Shown: piece by piece, positions 50,083 through 59,582 of the stretch | Position numbering within the stretch: the first letter of the stretch is position 1 | Layout: every line of letters starts with the position of its first letter | Program-made: the position numbers and the translations under genes | Notes under the pieces: model-generated | What the model was told of the DNA's origin: nothing | The model's database searches: none | The model's input: only the letters and a program-made list of their open reading frames with translations | NCBI GenBank assembly: GCA_048594885.1 | Contig: JBMDXB010000082.1 | Span: forward strand, 18,237-82,236 | DNA from: Vicinamibacterales bacterium | GTDB taxonomy: Bacteria > Acidobacteriota > Vicinamibacteria > Vicinamibacterales > 2-12-FULL-66-21 | Direction of reading: 5' to 3' | Length of the DNA: 64,000 nucleotides

Positions 50083-50508
50083 TTACGTCAGCCGAAACCG
50101 CTCGAACCACACACCACCTTCGTCTTCAAGCGCGACCAATCCATGCTGCGGGAAGTCACCGGTCCGCGCGAGCAGCGTCAGAATCCGCGGCATGCTCGGC
50201 ATGTGGCCGACGAGCATCAGCTCGCGCGATTCACCCGTGAGTAGATCTCTGATCCATGCGGATGGATCGGTCGGCTGCAATCCCCGGATCGCCGAAAACT
50301 CAGCAAGCGGATTACAGATGCGCCAGAACGCCTCGGCCGTTTGACGCGCGCGCAGCTTGCCGCTGTGCCAGATGACGACAGGCTGAACGCCGCGCTCCTT
50401 CGCGGCGAGCGCCAGCCGGTCGGCGTGCAGCCTGCCGGCCACTGACAGCGGACGTTGCGGATCGACCTCGGGGCCGACGGCTTCCGCGTGATGCACCAGG
50501 TAGATCAT
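50083..50508 (-). CDS. sixA: SixA-like phosphohistidine phosphatase
   Basis: YLVHHAEA (RHG-like), RPLS, HSGKLRARQTAE and LVGHMP motifs. Confidence 0.78.
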   Translation of the reverse strand: MIYLVHHAEAVGPEVDPQRPLSVAGRLHADRLALAAKERGVQPVVIWHSGKLRARQTAEAFWRICNPLAEFSAIRGLQPTDPSAWIRDLLTGESRELMLVGHMPSMPRILTLLARTGDFPQHGLVALEDEGGVWFERFRLT

Positions 50509-51893
50509 CGCGCGCCGATCCAGCGACGCAGTTCGGCAATTGCTTCACGAACGGCTTCCGGCTGCGTCGACTGCGGCGTCCGCTTGCGCCGCACCGAAGC
50601 CGCCGGCGTGATGGCCTCACGCACGTCGGCCTCGAACAGCGGTGAATGCGCGCGCCACTCATCGAAGGTGAGCGAGTCGAACGACCGCTGCTCCTGCACG
50701 AGCCGGCGAACGAGCGCGCCGACGATCTCGTGCGCGTCACGAAACGGAACTCCCTTCGCCACGAGGTAGTCGGCGACGTCGGTCGCCAGCAGCAGGCCGG
50801 CCGCCGCACGCGTCGAGACAGCTTCGCGCAGCGTCAGGCCTTCGACGACTGAAGCGACCGCCCGCAAGGATGCGAGCAGCGTATCTTCGGCCTCGAACAA
50901 CGCCTCCTTGTCCTCCTGCAGATCCTTGCTGTACCCAATCGGCAGCCCCTTCATCGTCGTCAGCCAGCCGGTGAGCCTGCCGATGACACGCCCGGACTTG
51001 CCGCGAACGAGCTCGAGAGGATCGGGGTTCTTCTTCTGCGGCATCAGGCTGCTGCCGGTGGCCGCCGTGTCGGCGATGTCGAAGAATCCGAATTCCTCGG
51101 TGGTGAAGAGGATCGAATCCTCCGCAAGCCGGCTCAGATGCACCATCGTCAGCGCGCACGCGTGCAGGAAGGACGCGACGAAGTCCCGATCGCCGGTCGC
51201 GTCGATGCTGTTGCGGACGATGCGGGAGAAGCCGAGGCGAGTGGCGAGCGCGTGGACGTCGATGGTGTAGCTGGTGCCGGCGATGGCGCCGGATCCGAGC
51301 GGCAGCTCGTCGGCTTCGTCCAGCACCGCGGCGAGCCGCGCGTGGTCACGCCGCAGCGCGGCGACATGCGCGAGGAAGAAGTGAGCGACGAGAATCGGCT
51401 GCGCGCGTCGCAGATGCGTGTAGGACGGCATCAGCGCGTCGCCGGCGCGCGCGGCCTGATCCGCCAGCCCCTGGATGAGCGACACGATGGCGCGCTGCAA
51501 TGCGGGGATGCGGCGCTTCAGATAGAGGCGGAGATCGACGGCGACCTGCTCGTTGCGCGAGCGGCCGGTGTGGAGCCGCCGGCCCGCGTCGCCGACGCGC
51601 GATACGAGCTCGCGCTCGACAAAGGCGTGGACGTCCTCGTCCTCGCCCGCCGCCTCGGACGTGAAGAAGCCGGCATCGGACGTGCCGCGAGCGAGAATCT
51701 CCTCGAGACCTCCGCGAATCAGCGTGGCGTCCACGTCGGAGAGCACTCCCGCGCGCGCCAGCCCTTCCGCCCACGCAAGGCTGCCGGTCACGTCGTCTTC
51801 GAACAACCGCCGATCGAAGGCGAACGAGGCGCCGAACTCGAACAGCGCGGCATCGGGATCCCCGTCGAACCGTCCTGACCACAAATGAGCCAT
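50505..51893 (-). CDS. argH: Argininosuccinate lyase
   Basis: LWSGRF, HTGRSRNEQV and GSSLMPQKKNPD motifs. Confidence 0.96.
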   Translation of the reverse strand: MAHLWSGRFDGDPDAALFEFGASFAFDRRLFEDDVTGSLAWAEGLARAGVLSDVDATLIRGGLEEILARGTSDAGFFTSEAAGEDEDVHAFVERELVSRVGDAGRRLHTGRSRNEQVAVDLRLYLKRRIPALQRAIVSLIQGLADQAARAGDALMPSYTHLRRAQPILVAHFFLAHVAALRRDHARLAAVLDEADELPLGSGAIAGTSYTIDVHALATRLGFSRIVRNSIDATGDRDFVASFLHACALTMVHLSRLAEDSILFTTEEFGFFDIADTAATGSSLMPQKKNPDPLELVRGKSGRVIGRLTGWLTTMKGLPIGYSKDLQEDKEALFEAEDTLLASLRAVASVVEGLTLREAVSTRAAAGLLLATDVADYLVAKGVPFRDAHEIVGALVRRLVQEQRSFDSLTFDEWRAHSPLFEADVREAITPAASVRRKRTPQSTQPEAVREAIAELRRWIGAR

Positions 51894-51900
51894 GGCGTCC

Positions 51901-53061
51901 CTAGAAACTCTTGAAGAACTTGATGAAGCCTTCAGCGGCGCGGTGATCGAACCGATCGCCCGTATCGAACGACGCCACCGCCGGATCGTAGAGCGCATGC
52001 GGCGACGCGCGTCCGACGATGCGGCAGTCGCCTTTGAAGAGCTTGAGCCGGACGCTGCCGGTGACGCGCGGCTGGATCGACTTGACGAGCGCGTCGAGCG
52101 CGTCGCGCGTCTGCGAGAACCAGTGCCCGTTGTAGACGAGGTCGGCGTAGACGATCGACAACTGGCGCGTGAGCCGTTCGAGATCGCGCGCAATCACGAA
52201 CTTCTCCAGCTCGCGGTGGGCGAGGTGCAGCGGCACGGCGGCGGGCGCCTCGTAGATTTCCCGAGACTTGATGCCGACGAGGCGGTTCTCGACCATGTCG
52301 ATCCGCCCCACGCCGTGCGCGCCGGCAATCGTCTCGAGGCTTTCAATCAGCTCGAGCAGCGACATTTCGACGCCGTTGGCCTTCACCGGGACGCCGCTCT
52401 CGAACGCGATCTCGACGTAGGCGGGCTCGTCGGGGCACTGCTGCGGCGCGCGGGTCAGCGTATAGATGTCCTCCGGCGCCTCGACCCACGGATCGTCGAG
52501 CACGCCGCATTCGATTGAGCGGCCCCACAGGTTCGAGTCGATGGTGTACGGCCCCGCGACGGTGGCGGGAATCGGAATGTTGCGGGCCTTCGCGTATTCG
52601 ATCTCTTCGGCGCGCGACATGCCCCATTCGCGCGCGACGGCGATGATGCGGAGCGAGTCATCGAGCGCGCGGGCGGCGACCTCGATGCGCACCTGGTCGT
52701 TGATCTTGCCGATGCAGCCGTGCGCGATGGCGGCAGCGCCCTCCATGCGCGCGATCTCGACGAGCCGCCTGGCGATGAGCGGACGGCCAAGCGCCGTCGC
52801 GAGCGGGTAGCGATCTTCGTAGATCGCGCCCGCCTGGAGCGCGGGCAGCACGTAGTCCCGGGCGAACTCCTCGCGCGCGTCGATGACGTGCGCGCGGACG
52901 GCGCCGCTGGCGAGCGCCCGTTCCCGGACGTCGACGAGCTCGCGCCCCTGGCCGATGTCGAGCGTCACGGTGACGACTTCGGCGCCGTACTTGTCGGCGA
53001 GCCACGGGATCGCCACCGAGGTGTCGAGCCCGCCCGAATACGCGAGAACGATCCGTTCCAC
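51901..53061 (-). CDS. argG: Argininosuccinate synthase with a divergent aspartate-binding motif
   Basis: LAYSGGLDTS, NLWGRSIECG and ENRLVGIKSREIYEAP; HGCIGKINDQVRI replaces HGCTGKGNDQVRF. Confidence 0.9.
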   Translation of the reverse strand: MERIVLAYSGGLDTSVAIPWLADKYGAEVVTVTLDIGQGRELVDVRERALASGAVRAHVIDAREEFARDYVLPALQAGAIYEDRYPLATALGRPLIARRLVEIARMEGAAAIAHGCIGKINDQVRIEVAARALDDSLRIIAVAREWGMSRAEEIEYAKARNIPIPATVAGPYTIDSNLWGRSIECGVLDDPWVEAPEDIYTLTRAPQQCPDEPAYVEIAFESGVPVKANGVEMSLLELIESLETIAGAHGVGRIDMVENRLVGIKSREIYEAPAAVPLHLAHRELEKFVIARDLERLTRQLSIVYADLVYNGHWFSQTRDALDALVKSIQPRVTGSVRLKLFKGDCRIVGRASPHALYDPAVASFDTGDRFDHRAAEGFIKFFKSF

Positions 53062-53068
53062 CGCCCCG

Positions 53069-53521
53069 TTACCTCCGCATCGCCTCGAAGCGCTTCGCCA
53101 GCGTCGCGGCGGCGTCCGCCGACCGGCAAATGACGAGAATCGTGTCGTCGCCGGCAATCGTCCCGGCGATCTCCGCGAGCTGAATCCGATCGAGCGCCAC
53201 GGCCATCGGCTGCGCCTGCCCGGGACCGGTCTTCAGCACGAGCAACTGCTGAATGGGCTCCTCGCTGCGCAGGTATTCATCGACCGCGCGCCGCAGGACG
53301 GCGTCCGGGTCCGCGACCTCCACGCTCTCGCCCGCCGCGGGTCGCCGGTAGGCGCCGTCGGCCGGCCGTTTGATCAGCCCCAGCTCCCGAACGTCGCGAG
53401 ACAGCGTCGCCTGGGTCGCCGTCACGCCGCGGGCACGGAGCCGATCGCGGAGCATTTCCTGACTGGTCACGGCTTCCCGATCGATCAGTTCGAGGATGAG
53501 GGCCTGTCGATAGGACTTCAT
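53069..53521 (-). CDS. argR: Arginine repressor
   Basis: TQATLSRD and GTIAGDDT motifs. Confidence 0.95.
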   Translation of the reverse strand: MKSYRQALILELIDREAVTSQEMLRDRLRARGVTATQATLSRDVRELGLIKRPADGAYRRPAAGESVEVADPDAVLRRAVDEYLRSEEPIQQLLVLKTGPGQAQPMAVALDRIQLAEIAGTIAGDDTILVICRSADAAATLAKRFEAMRR

Positions 53522-53645
53522 AACTATGCAGCGAACGGCTGATTATACATCCTATGCATCTTGGCGGACATCTCTTGATAGGACAAAGGGTTGACCGGCA
53601 GTCCGCATTGCCGTATAAATAAAGGCTCTGATGAATAAGTATTCT
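53517..53645. promoter_or_regulatory. Divergent argR/argC control region with ARG-box-like sites and a sigma70 promoter
   Basis: TTGACC (53591)-N17-TATAAA (53614); box-like TTCATAACTATGCA (53517), TACATCCTATGCA (53546) and TGAATAAGTATTCT (53632). Confidence 0.72.
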
Positions 53646-54626
53646 CCAGTCAGGGTCGGTGTGGCGGGGGCGACGGGTTACGCCGGCCTCGAGCTGCTGC
53701 GCCGCCTTGCCCGGCATCCCCATACCGACGTGCGCTGCGCGATGGCCTCCGGCGCCTCCGAGGCGAAGCGGCTGCCCGCGTTGAAGCGCATCTGGGACGC
53801 ACCGGTCGAGCCGCTCGACGTGGACCGCCTCGCGGCGGATACCGACGCGGTCTTCCTCGCGCTGCCGGACACGCTTGCTGCCGAGCTGGGTCCCGCGATC
53901 GCCGCGCGCGGTCCGCGCGTGTTCGACCTGTCGGGCGCGTTCCGGCTGCGCGATGCCGCGAGCCGGCAGAGGTGGTATCCGCACACCGGCGACGTCTCCG
54001 TCCCGGTGGCCTACGGACTGCCCGAACGCTATCGCGAGGAGCTGAACGACGCGCAGTTGATCGCGTGCCCTGGCTGCTATCCCACCGCCGCCGTGCTCGC
54101 GCTGCACCCGCTCGTCGCGCAGGGGCTCGTCGAGCCCGGCGTGATCATCGATGCGAAGTCCGGCGTCTCCGGCGCCGGGAAGACGCCGACCGAGCGCACG
54201 CACTTCTCCGAGTGCCACGGCAGCATCTCGGCCTACGGCGTGTTCTCGCATCGGCATGCGGCCGAGATCGAGCAGGAGCTCGGCGTCCCGGTGACGTTCG
54301 TGCCGCATCTCGTGCCGCTCGATCGCGGGATCTTCGAGACGATTTACGCGCGGCTGCGACCCGGCGTCGACGCCCACTCCATCGGCGCGGCGCTGAGTTC
54401 CGCCTACGGCCACTCGCCGTTCGTTCGGCTGACGGGGGCGGATCTGCCGGAGATCAAGCACGTCGCGCACACGAACTTCTGCGACATCGGCTGGAGGGTC
54501 GATCGGCCGGGCGGCCAGCTCGTGATGGCCGTGTGCATCGACAACCTCGTGAAGGGCGCGGCGGGTCAGGCGATTCAGGTGTTCAACGTCGCGTTCGGAT
54601 TCGACGAAACGACCGCGTTGAATTAG
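53631..54626 (+). CDS. argC: N-acetyl-gamma-glutamyl-phosphate reductase
   Basis: GATGYAG, PGCYPT, SGVSGAG and DNLVKGAAGQA motifs. Confidence 0.96.
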   Translation: MNKYSPVRVGVAGATGYAGLELLRRLARHPHTDVRCAMASGASEAKRLPALKRIWDAPVEPLDVDRLAADTDAVFLALPDTLAAELGPAIAARGPRVFDLSGAFRLRDAASRQRWYPHTGDVSVPVAYGLPERYREELNDAQLIACPGCYPTAAVLALHPLVAQGLVEPGVIIDAKSGVSGAGKTPTERTHFSECHGSISAYGVFSHRHAAEIEQELGVPVTFVPHLVPLDRGIFETIYARLRPGVDAHSIGAALSSAYGHSPFVRLTGADLPEIKHVAHTNFCDIGWRVDRPGGQLVMAVCIDNLVKGAAGQAIQVFNVAFGFDETTALN

Positions 54627-54628
54627 CG

Positions 54629-54731
54629 GGATCTCGCGAGGGACAGGAGCAGGGGAGAACGGGAGAACACTTTTCAAGGAAGAGGAAGAGAATGCTCCCC
54701 TTCTCTCTTTCTCCTGTTAATCCGAGATCTC
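54629..54731. repeat. Imperfect inverted element with purine-rich left arm and pyrimidine-rich right arm, inside the arg operon
   Basis: gatctcgcgagggacaggagcaggggagaacgggagaac ... ttctctctttctcctgttaatccgagatc. Confidence 0.6.
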
Positions 54732-54741
54732 ACAATTAGAG

Positions 54742-55545
54742 ATGCTGACGGCACTGAAACTCGGTGGCGAATTACTCGAGGATGGCCCGGCACTGAAGAG
54801 CGCCGCCGCCGCGATCGTTCGCCTCGCGAATCGCCAGCCGGTCGTCGTCGTGCACGGCGGCGGACGCGCTATCGACGCGGAGTTGCGCGCGCGGAACATC
54901 GAGCCGCAGTTCGTCGACGGCCTGCGGATGACTGACGCGGCGACGCTCGAATCGGTGCTGGCGGTGCTCGCGGGGCGCACGAACACGGCACTCGTCGCGG
55001 CGATCGGCGCAGCCGGCGGGCGGGCAGTGGGATTGACGGGCGCTGACGGGTCGATCGGACTGTCGAGCAGGGCGCCGGTGTTCACGGCCGTGTCCGGCGA
55101 CCGGGTGGACCTCGGGCTGGTCGGGCGGCCGGACGGCGCTGACGTGGCGCTGCTTCGCGACCTGCTGCGGCTCGGCTACATCCCGGTCGTCGCGAGCATC
55201 GGCGTGAGCCGCGACGGCGAGCTGCTCAACGTGAACGCGGACACCCTCGCGGGCCACCTGGCAGCGACGCTTGCGGCATCGCGCCTCGTGATCGCCGGGG
55301 GCACGGCAGGCGTGCTGGATACGGAAAACCGCACGATCGCGCGGCTGACGCTGCAGGAGATCGACGTGATGATCGCGGCTGGCACCGCGCACTCCGGCAT
55401 GGTCGCCAAGCTCGCGGCCTGCCGCCGCGCGCTGGCGGCAGGCGTGATGGAAGTGGCGGTCGTATCGGGAAGAAACGTCGAGGATTACGAGACGGCAACA
55501 GGGACGCGGATCGAGGCGGAAGCGCTGCAGACGGATCGGCCATGA
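54742..55545 (+). CDS. argB: Acetylglutamate kinase
   Basis: KLGG, VHGGG, DGLRMTD, NVNAD and GMVAK motifs. Confidence 0.94.
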   Translation: MLTALKLGGELLEDGPALKSAAAAIVRLANRQPVVVVHGGGRAIDAELRARNIEPQFVDGLRMTDAATLESVLAVLAGRTNTALVAAIGAAGGRAVGLTGADGSIGLSSRAPVFTAVSGDRVDLGLVGRPDGADVALLRDLLRLGYIPVVASIGVSRDGELLNVNADTLAGHLAATLAASRLVIAGGTAGVLDTENRTIARLTLQEIDVMIAAGTAHSGMVAKLAACRRALAAGVMEVAVVSGRNVEDYETATGTRIEAEALQTDRP

Positions 55546-56759
55546 ACACGATGACGACGACGGATGTTTTCAATATCGAGGCGGAACACGTCCTCCAGGT
55601 ATACCGGCGCGGGCGCGTCGTCTTCACCAGCGGACGCGGCTGCCGCCTGTTCGACGCTGCCGGGCGCAGCTACCTCGATCTGATTTCCGGCGTCGGCGTC
55701 GCCGCGCTCGGCCACGCGCATCCGCGCATCGCCGACGCCGTCGCCGCGCAGGCGGGCGAGCTGCTGCACACGTCGAACCTGTTCTTCCATCCGCTGCAGG
55801 GCGAAGTGGCGACGCGGCTGGCGCAGCTCTCGGGCCTGCCGCGTGCGTTCTTCTGCAACAGCGGCACGGAAGCCGTCGAGGCGTCGCTGAAGTTCGCGCG
55901 GAAGTTCTGGCGCTCGCAGGGCGAAGCCGCACGCACGCAGTTCGTCGCGCTCGAGCACTCGTTCCACGGCCGGACGATGGGGTCCTTGTCGGTGACGTGG
56001 GACGACCACTATCGCGCGCCGTTCGCACCGCTGGTACCCGACGTCGTGTTCGTGCCGAACGACAACCCGCAGGCGCTGCGGGCCGCCGTGACCTCGAAGA
56101 CGGCGGCGATCATCGCCGAGCCGATTCAGGGGGAAGGCGGCGTCCGTCCGTTGTCCGCCGCGATGGCTGCCGGGATCAACGACGCGTGCCGAGAGACGGG
56201 CGCGCTGCTGATCGCCGACGAGATCCAGTGCGGCCTCGGCCGCACGGGACGTCCGTTCTATTCGGCGGCGCTCGGCCTGAGGCCCGACCTGATGACGGTC
56301 GGCAAGGCGCTCGGCTCCGGCGTGCCGGTGGCCGCCGCGCTGTTCAGCGAACGGGTCGCCAAGGCCGCGGCGTTCGGCGATCACGGCAGCACGTACGGCG
56401 GCAACCTGCTCGCGTGCCGCGCGGCGCTCGTGTTTCTCGAGGAACTGATCGACGGCGGCGTGATGGACAACGTCGCCCGGGTGGGCAAACACATCGGCGA
56501 GAAGCTTCGCGCGCTCGCCGCTTCACGTCCCTTCATCCGCGAGGTTCGCGGCGAAGGGGTCATCTGGGGCATCGAGCTCGATCGTCCGGCGCTCACGGTG
56601 GTCGATGCGGCGCTGGACCTCGGCTTGCTCGTGAATCGCACGGCCGAGACCGTCGTGCGGCTGCTGCCACCGTTCGTGATCACCGAATCCGAGGTGGACG
56701 AGGGAATCGAACTTCTGGATCGCGCGTTCGGGGTCGCGATGTCGCAGGCAAACCGATGA
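55542..56759 (+). CDS. argD: Acetylornithine aminotransferase
   Basis: NSGTEA, SFHGRT, EPIQGEGG, DEIQCG and HGSTYGGN motifs. Confidence 0.94.
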   Translation: MNTMTTTDVFNIEAEHVLQVYRRGRVVFTSGRGCRLFDAAGRSYLDLISGVGVAALGHAHPRIADAVAAQAGELLHTSNLFFHPLQGEVATRLAQLSGLPRAFFCNSGTEAVEASLKFARKFWRSQGEAARTQFVALEHSFHGRTMGSLSVTWDDHYRAPFAPLVPDVVFVPNDNPQALRAAVTSKTAAIIAEPIQGEGGVRPLSAAMAAGINDACRETGALLIADEIQCGLGRTGRPFYSAALGLRPDLMTVGKALGSGVPVAAALFSERVAKAAAFGDHGSTYGGNLLACRAALVFLEELIDGGVMDNVARVGKHIGEKLRALAASRPFIREVRGEGVIWGIELDRPALTVVDAALDLGLLVNRTAETVVRLLPPFVITESEVDEGIELLDRAFGVAMSQANR

Positions 56760-57331
56760 TCACATTCCGTGAAGCCACCGTCAGCGATGCTCCGGCCATC
56801 CATGGCCTGATCAACGCCAACTTGGAGGTCGGGCACCTGCTGCCTCGGACTCTGGACGATGTGACCACACATGCGCGGCGTTTCGTTGTCGCGGAGATGG
56901 ACCGCGCCGTCGTCGCATGCGCGGAGCTGGCGCCGCTCAGCGCGACGGTCGCCGAAGTGCGCTCGCTCGTGGTCGACGAACCGGTGCGCGGCCGCCAGAT
57001 CGGCCCGCGTCTCGTCGCCGAGCTGGCCGACCGCGGCAACGCGCGCGGCTTCGCGACGTTGTGCGCCTTCACGCACCAGCCGTCGCACTTCGTGAAGATG
57101 GGCTTCACGATCGTGCCGCACATGTGGATCCCGGAGAAGATCGCGCACGACTGCACCGGTTGCCCGCTGTTCCGGAGATGCGGCCAGTACGCGGTCACGC
57201 TGCCGCTGCGCGCGGGCGTCGTGCTGCGGCCCGAGCAGCCCGCTGCCGTCATCTATGCAGGGCGCGCGGTCGCGGCGCGGCGGCCCAATGTCGAGCGGCT
57301 GCACCTGAACGGCGACGCGGTGCCGGCGTGA
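56756..57331 (+). CDS. argA: Short GNAT N-acetylglutamate synthase (ArgA-like)
   Basis: LLPRT, AEVRSLVV and PEKIAHDCTGC motifs; ATGA-coupled within the arg operon. Confidence 0.75.
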   Translation: MITFREATVSDAPAIHGLINANLEVGHLLPRTLDDVTTHARRFVVAEMDRAVVACAELAPLSATVAEVRSLVVDEPVRGRQIGPRLVAELADRGNARGFATLCAFTHQPSHFVKMGFTIVPHMWIPEKIAHDCTGCPLFRRCGQYAVTLPLRAGVVLRPEQPAAVIYAGRAVAARRPNVERLHLNGDAVPA

Positions 57332-58542
57332 CGGAGGCGTCCGTTCGGTCGATTGACGGCGGCATCACGGCGCCGGAAGCGTTCCGGGCGTCGGGTGTGT
57401 CGTGCGGCATCAAGGCGAAGGGGCTGGATCTCGCGATCGTCGTGTCCGACGAGATCGCCAGCGCCGCGGGCGTCTTCACCACCAACCTCGCGCAGGCCGC
57501 CCCCATCGTCGTCTCCCGCCGTCAACTGGAGCGCTCGGGCGGCCGCGCCGTCGCGATCGTCGTGAACAGCGGCTGCGCGAACGCCTGTACCGGTGAGGAG
57601 GGCCTCGGGAACGCCTGGGACATGGTGCGCCGCACCATCGACGCGCTGCGCTGCGACGCCGACCACGTGCTCGTCGCCTCGACGGGCGTCATCGGCGTCC
57701 AGCTCGACATGACGAAGGTGGACGCCGGCATCGCGGCGGCGGCCGGCACGCTCGCGCGCGCAGGCGCCCACGACGCTGCGCTCGCCATCATGACGACCGA
57801 CCCGTTTCCGAAGGAGGCGTCGGTCGAAGTGACGTCCGCCGCGGGCACGTTTCGCGTCGGCGGCATCGCCAAGGGCTCCGGAATGATCGAGCCGATGATG
57901 GCGACGATGCTCGGGTTCGTGACGATGGATGCCGCCGTCGAGCCGCCGCTGCTGCAACGCGCGTTGCGCGCCGCGGCCGACGAGACGTTCAACGCGATCA
58001 CCGTCGACGGCGAGTGCTCGACGAACGACTGCGTGTTCGTGCTCGCCAATGGCGCCAGCGGGGTGCGCCTCGGCGATGGCGACTACGACCTGCTCGTCGA
58101 CGCACTCCGCCGTGTCTGCGAGCCGCTCGCCGTCGGCATCGTCCGCGGCGGCGAAGGCGCGACGAAGCTGATCACCGTCAATGTCATGGGCGCGGCGTCG
58201 AAGGAGGATGCGCGGCGCGCGGCGCGGGCGATCGCGAACTCGCCGCTCGTCAAGACGGCCATTCACGGCGGCGACCCGAACTGGGGCCGGCTCGTAGCGG
58301 TCGCCGGCCGCTCGGGATCGGCGTTCGTGCTCGACAAGGCAGCGGTGCACATCGGCCCGGTCGAGCTGTTCAGCAACGGCGCGCCGCACGATGAGCGCGC
58401 TCCCGAGGCGGCCGACTACCTGACGAACACGGACATCGAGGTCGCGGTCGATCTGGGAACCGGCGGGAACGGACAGGCACGCATGTGGACGTGCGACCTG
58501 ACCGCCGAATACGTGCGGATCAACGCGGAATACAGGACCTAA
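57328..58542 (+). CDS. argJ: Ornithine acetyltransferase
   Basis: NSGCANACTG, MTTD, KGSGMIEPMMATML, STND, DPNWGR and NAEYRT motifs. Confidence 0.95.
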   Translation: MTEASVRSIDGGITAPEAFRASGVSCGIKAKGLDLAIVVSDEIASAAGVFTTNLAQAAPIVVSRRQLERSGGRAVAIVVNSGCANACTGEEGLGNAWDMVRRTIDALRCDADHVLVASTGVIGVQLDMTKVDAGIAAAAGTLARAGAHDAALAIMTTDPFPKEASVEVTSAAGTFRVGGIAKGSGMIEPMMATMLGFVTMDAAVEPPLLQRALRAAADETFNAITVDGECSTNDCVFVLANGASGVRLGDGDYDLLVDALRRVCEPLAVGIVRGGEGATKLITVNVMGAASKEDARRAARAIANSPLVKTAIHGGDPNWGRLVAVAGRSGSAFVLDKAAVHIGPVELFSNGAPHDERAPEAADYLTNTDIEVAVDLGTGGNGQARMWTCDLTAEYVRINAEYRT

Positions 58543-58546
58543 GACG

Positions 58547-59533
58547 ATGAGCAGAACAGCGCGCGTGCCGTTTGGGCCGCGGATCGCGGTCCCCTCGCAG
58601 TTCCTCTCGGTGCTCGACTTCGATGACGGGATGCTCGTCGCCTGCCTCGATCTCGCGGCCCAGATGAAAGCGGCGCGCGCGGCCGGCATCGCGCACGACA
58701 AGCCGCTGTCTGGTCTGCACATCGGGCTCCTGTTCGAGAAGCCGTCGCTGCGGACGCGTTCGACGTTCCAGATCGCGGTGCACGAGCTCGGAGGCGACGT
58801 CATCGAGCCGCCCGCCAACGTCGTCCTCGGCGGCCGCGAGACGATCGAGGACGTCGCGCGCAACCTGGAACGCTGGGTGTTCGGCGTCGTGATGCGGACG
58901 TTCGCGCAGTCGAAGCTCGAGGCGTTCGCCGCGGCGGCGCCGCGTCTGAAGGTCGTCAACGCGTTGACCGACGAGGAGCATCCGTGTCAGGCGCTCGCCG
59001 ACTGTCTCACGCTCATCGAAAAGCTGGGGGGTCTGCGGGGCCGCACGATCGCCTACGTCGGCGACGGCAACAACGTCGCGACTTCGCTGGCGCAGGCGGC
59101 GCTGATGCTCGGCGCCAACGTCCGCATTGGATCGCCGCGCGGCTGCGAGCTGCCGGCAACCGTCGTCGACGCCGCTCTTGCCGGTGCGGCGACGGGGGCC
59201 ACGCTCGTCCAGACGAACGATCCGGTCGAGGCGGTGCGCGGCGCCGACGCGGTCTACACCGACGTGTGGACGTCGATGGGCCAGGAGGCGGAGGCCGCTC
59301 GGCGCCGGGCGCTGTTCGTGCCGTATCAGGTGAACAGCGAGCTGATGGCGCACGCGGCGGACGGCGCGCTGTTCATGCACTGCCTGCCGGCGCACCGCGG
59401 CGACGAAGTCACCGACGAGGTGATCGACTCGGGGGCGTCCGTCGTCTTCGATCAGTCGGAGAACCGGCTCCACGTGCAGAAGGCGTTGCTCGCGCTGCTC
59501 GCTGGCCGCTGGCCGCTGATCGCTGATCGCTGA
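58547..59533 (+). CDS. argF: Ornithine carbamoyltransferase
   Basis: FEKPSLRT, HPCQ, DVWTSMG and HCLP motifs. Confidence 0.94.
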   Translation: MSRTARVPFGPRIAVPSQFLSVLDFDDGMLVACLDLAAQMKAARAAGIAHDKPLSGLHIGLLFEKPSLRTRSTFQIAVHELGGDVIEPPANVVLGGRETIEDVARNLERWVFGVVMRTFAQSKLEAFAAAAPRLKVVNALTDEEHPCQALADCLTLIEKLGGLRGRTIAYVGDGNNVATSLAQAALMLGANVRIGSPRGCELPATVVDAALAGAATGATLVQTNDPVEAVRGADAVYTDVWTSMGQEAEAARRRALFVPYQVNSELMAHAADGALFMHCLPAHRGDEVTDEVIDSGASVVFDQSENRLHVQKALLALLAGRWPLIADR

Positions 59534-59551
59534 TCGCTGATCGCTGATCGC
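59501..59551 (+). repeat. Heptamer array GCTGGCC x2 + GCTGATC x5 supplying the argF stop
   Basis: Read directly; TGA 59531-59533 lies inside a unit. Confidence 0.9.
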
Positions 59552-59582
59552 CGCCGTCCTATAGACTACGGCCAGACAACAC

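Noticed and set aside
58547-59533. N-acetyl/succinyl-ornithine transcarbamylase suggested by SLRT
   Set aside because: The SMG loop and HCLPAHRG, plus argJ in the operon, fit ordinary OTCase.
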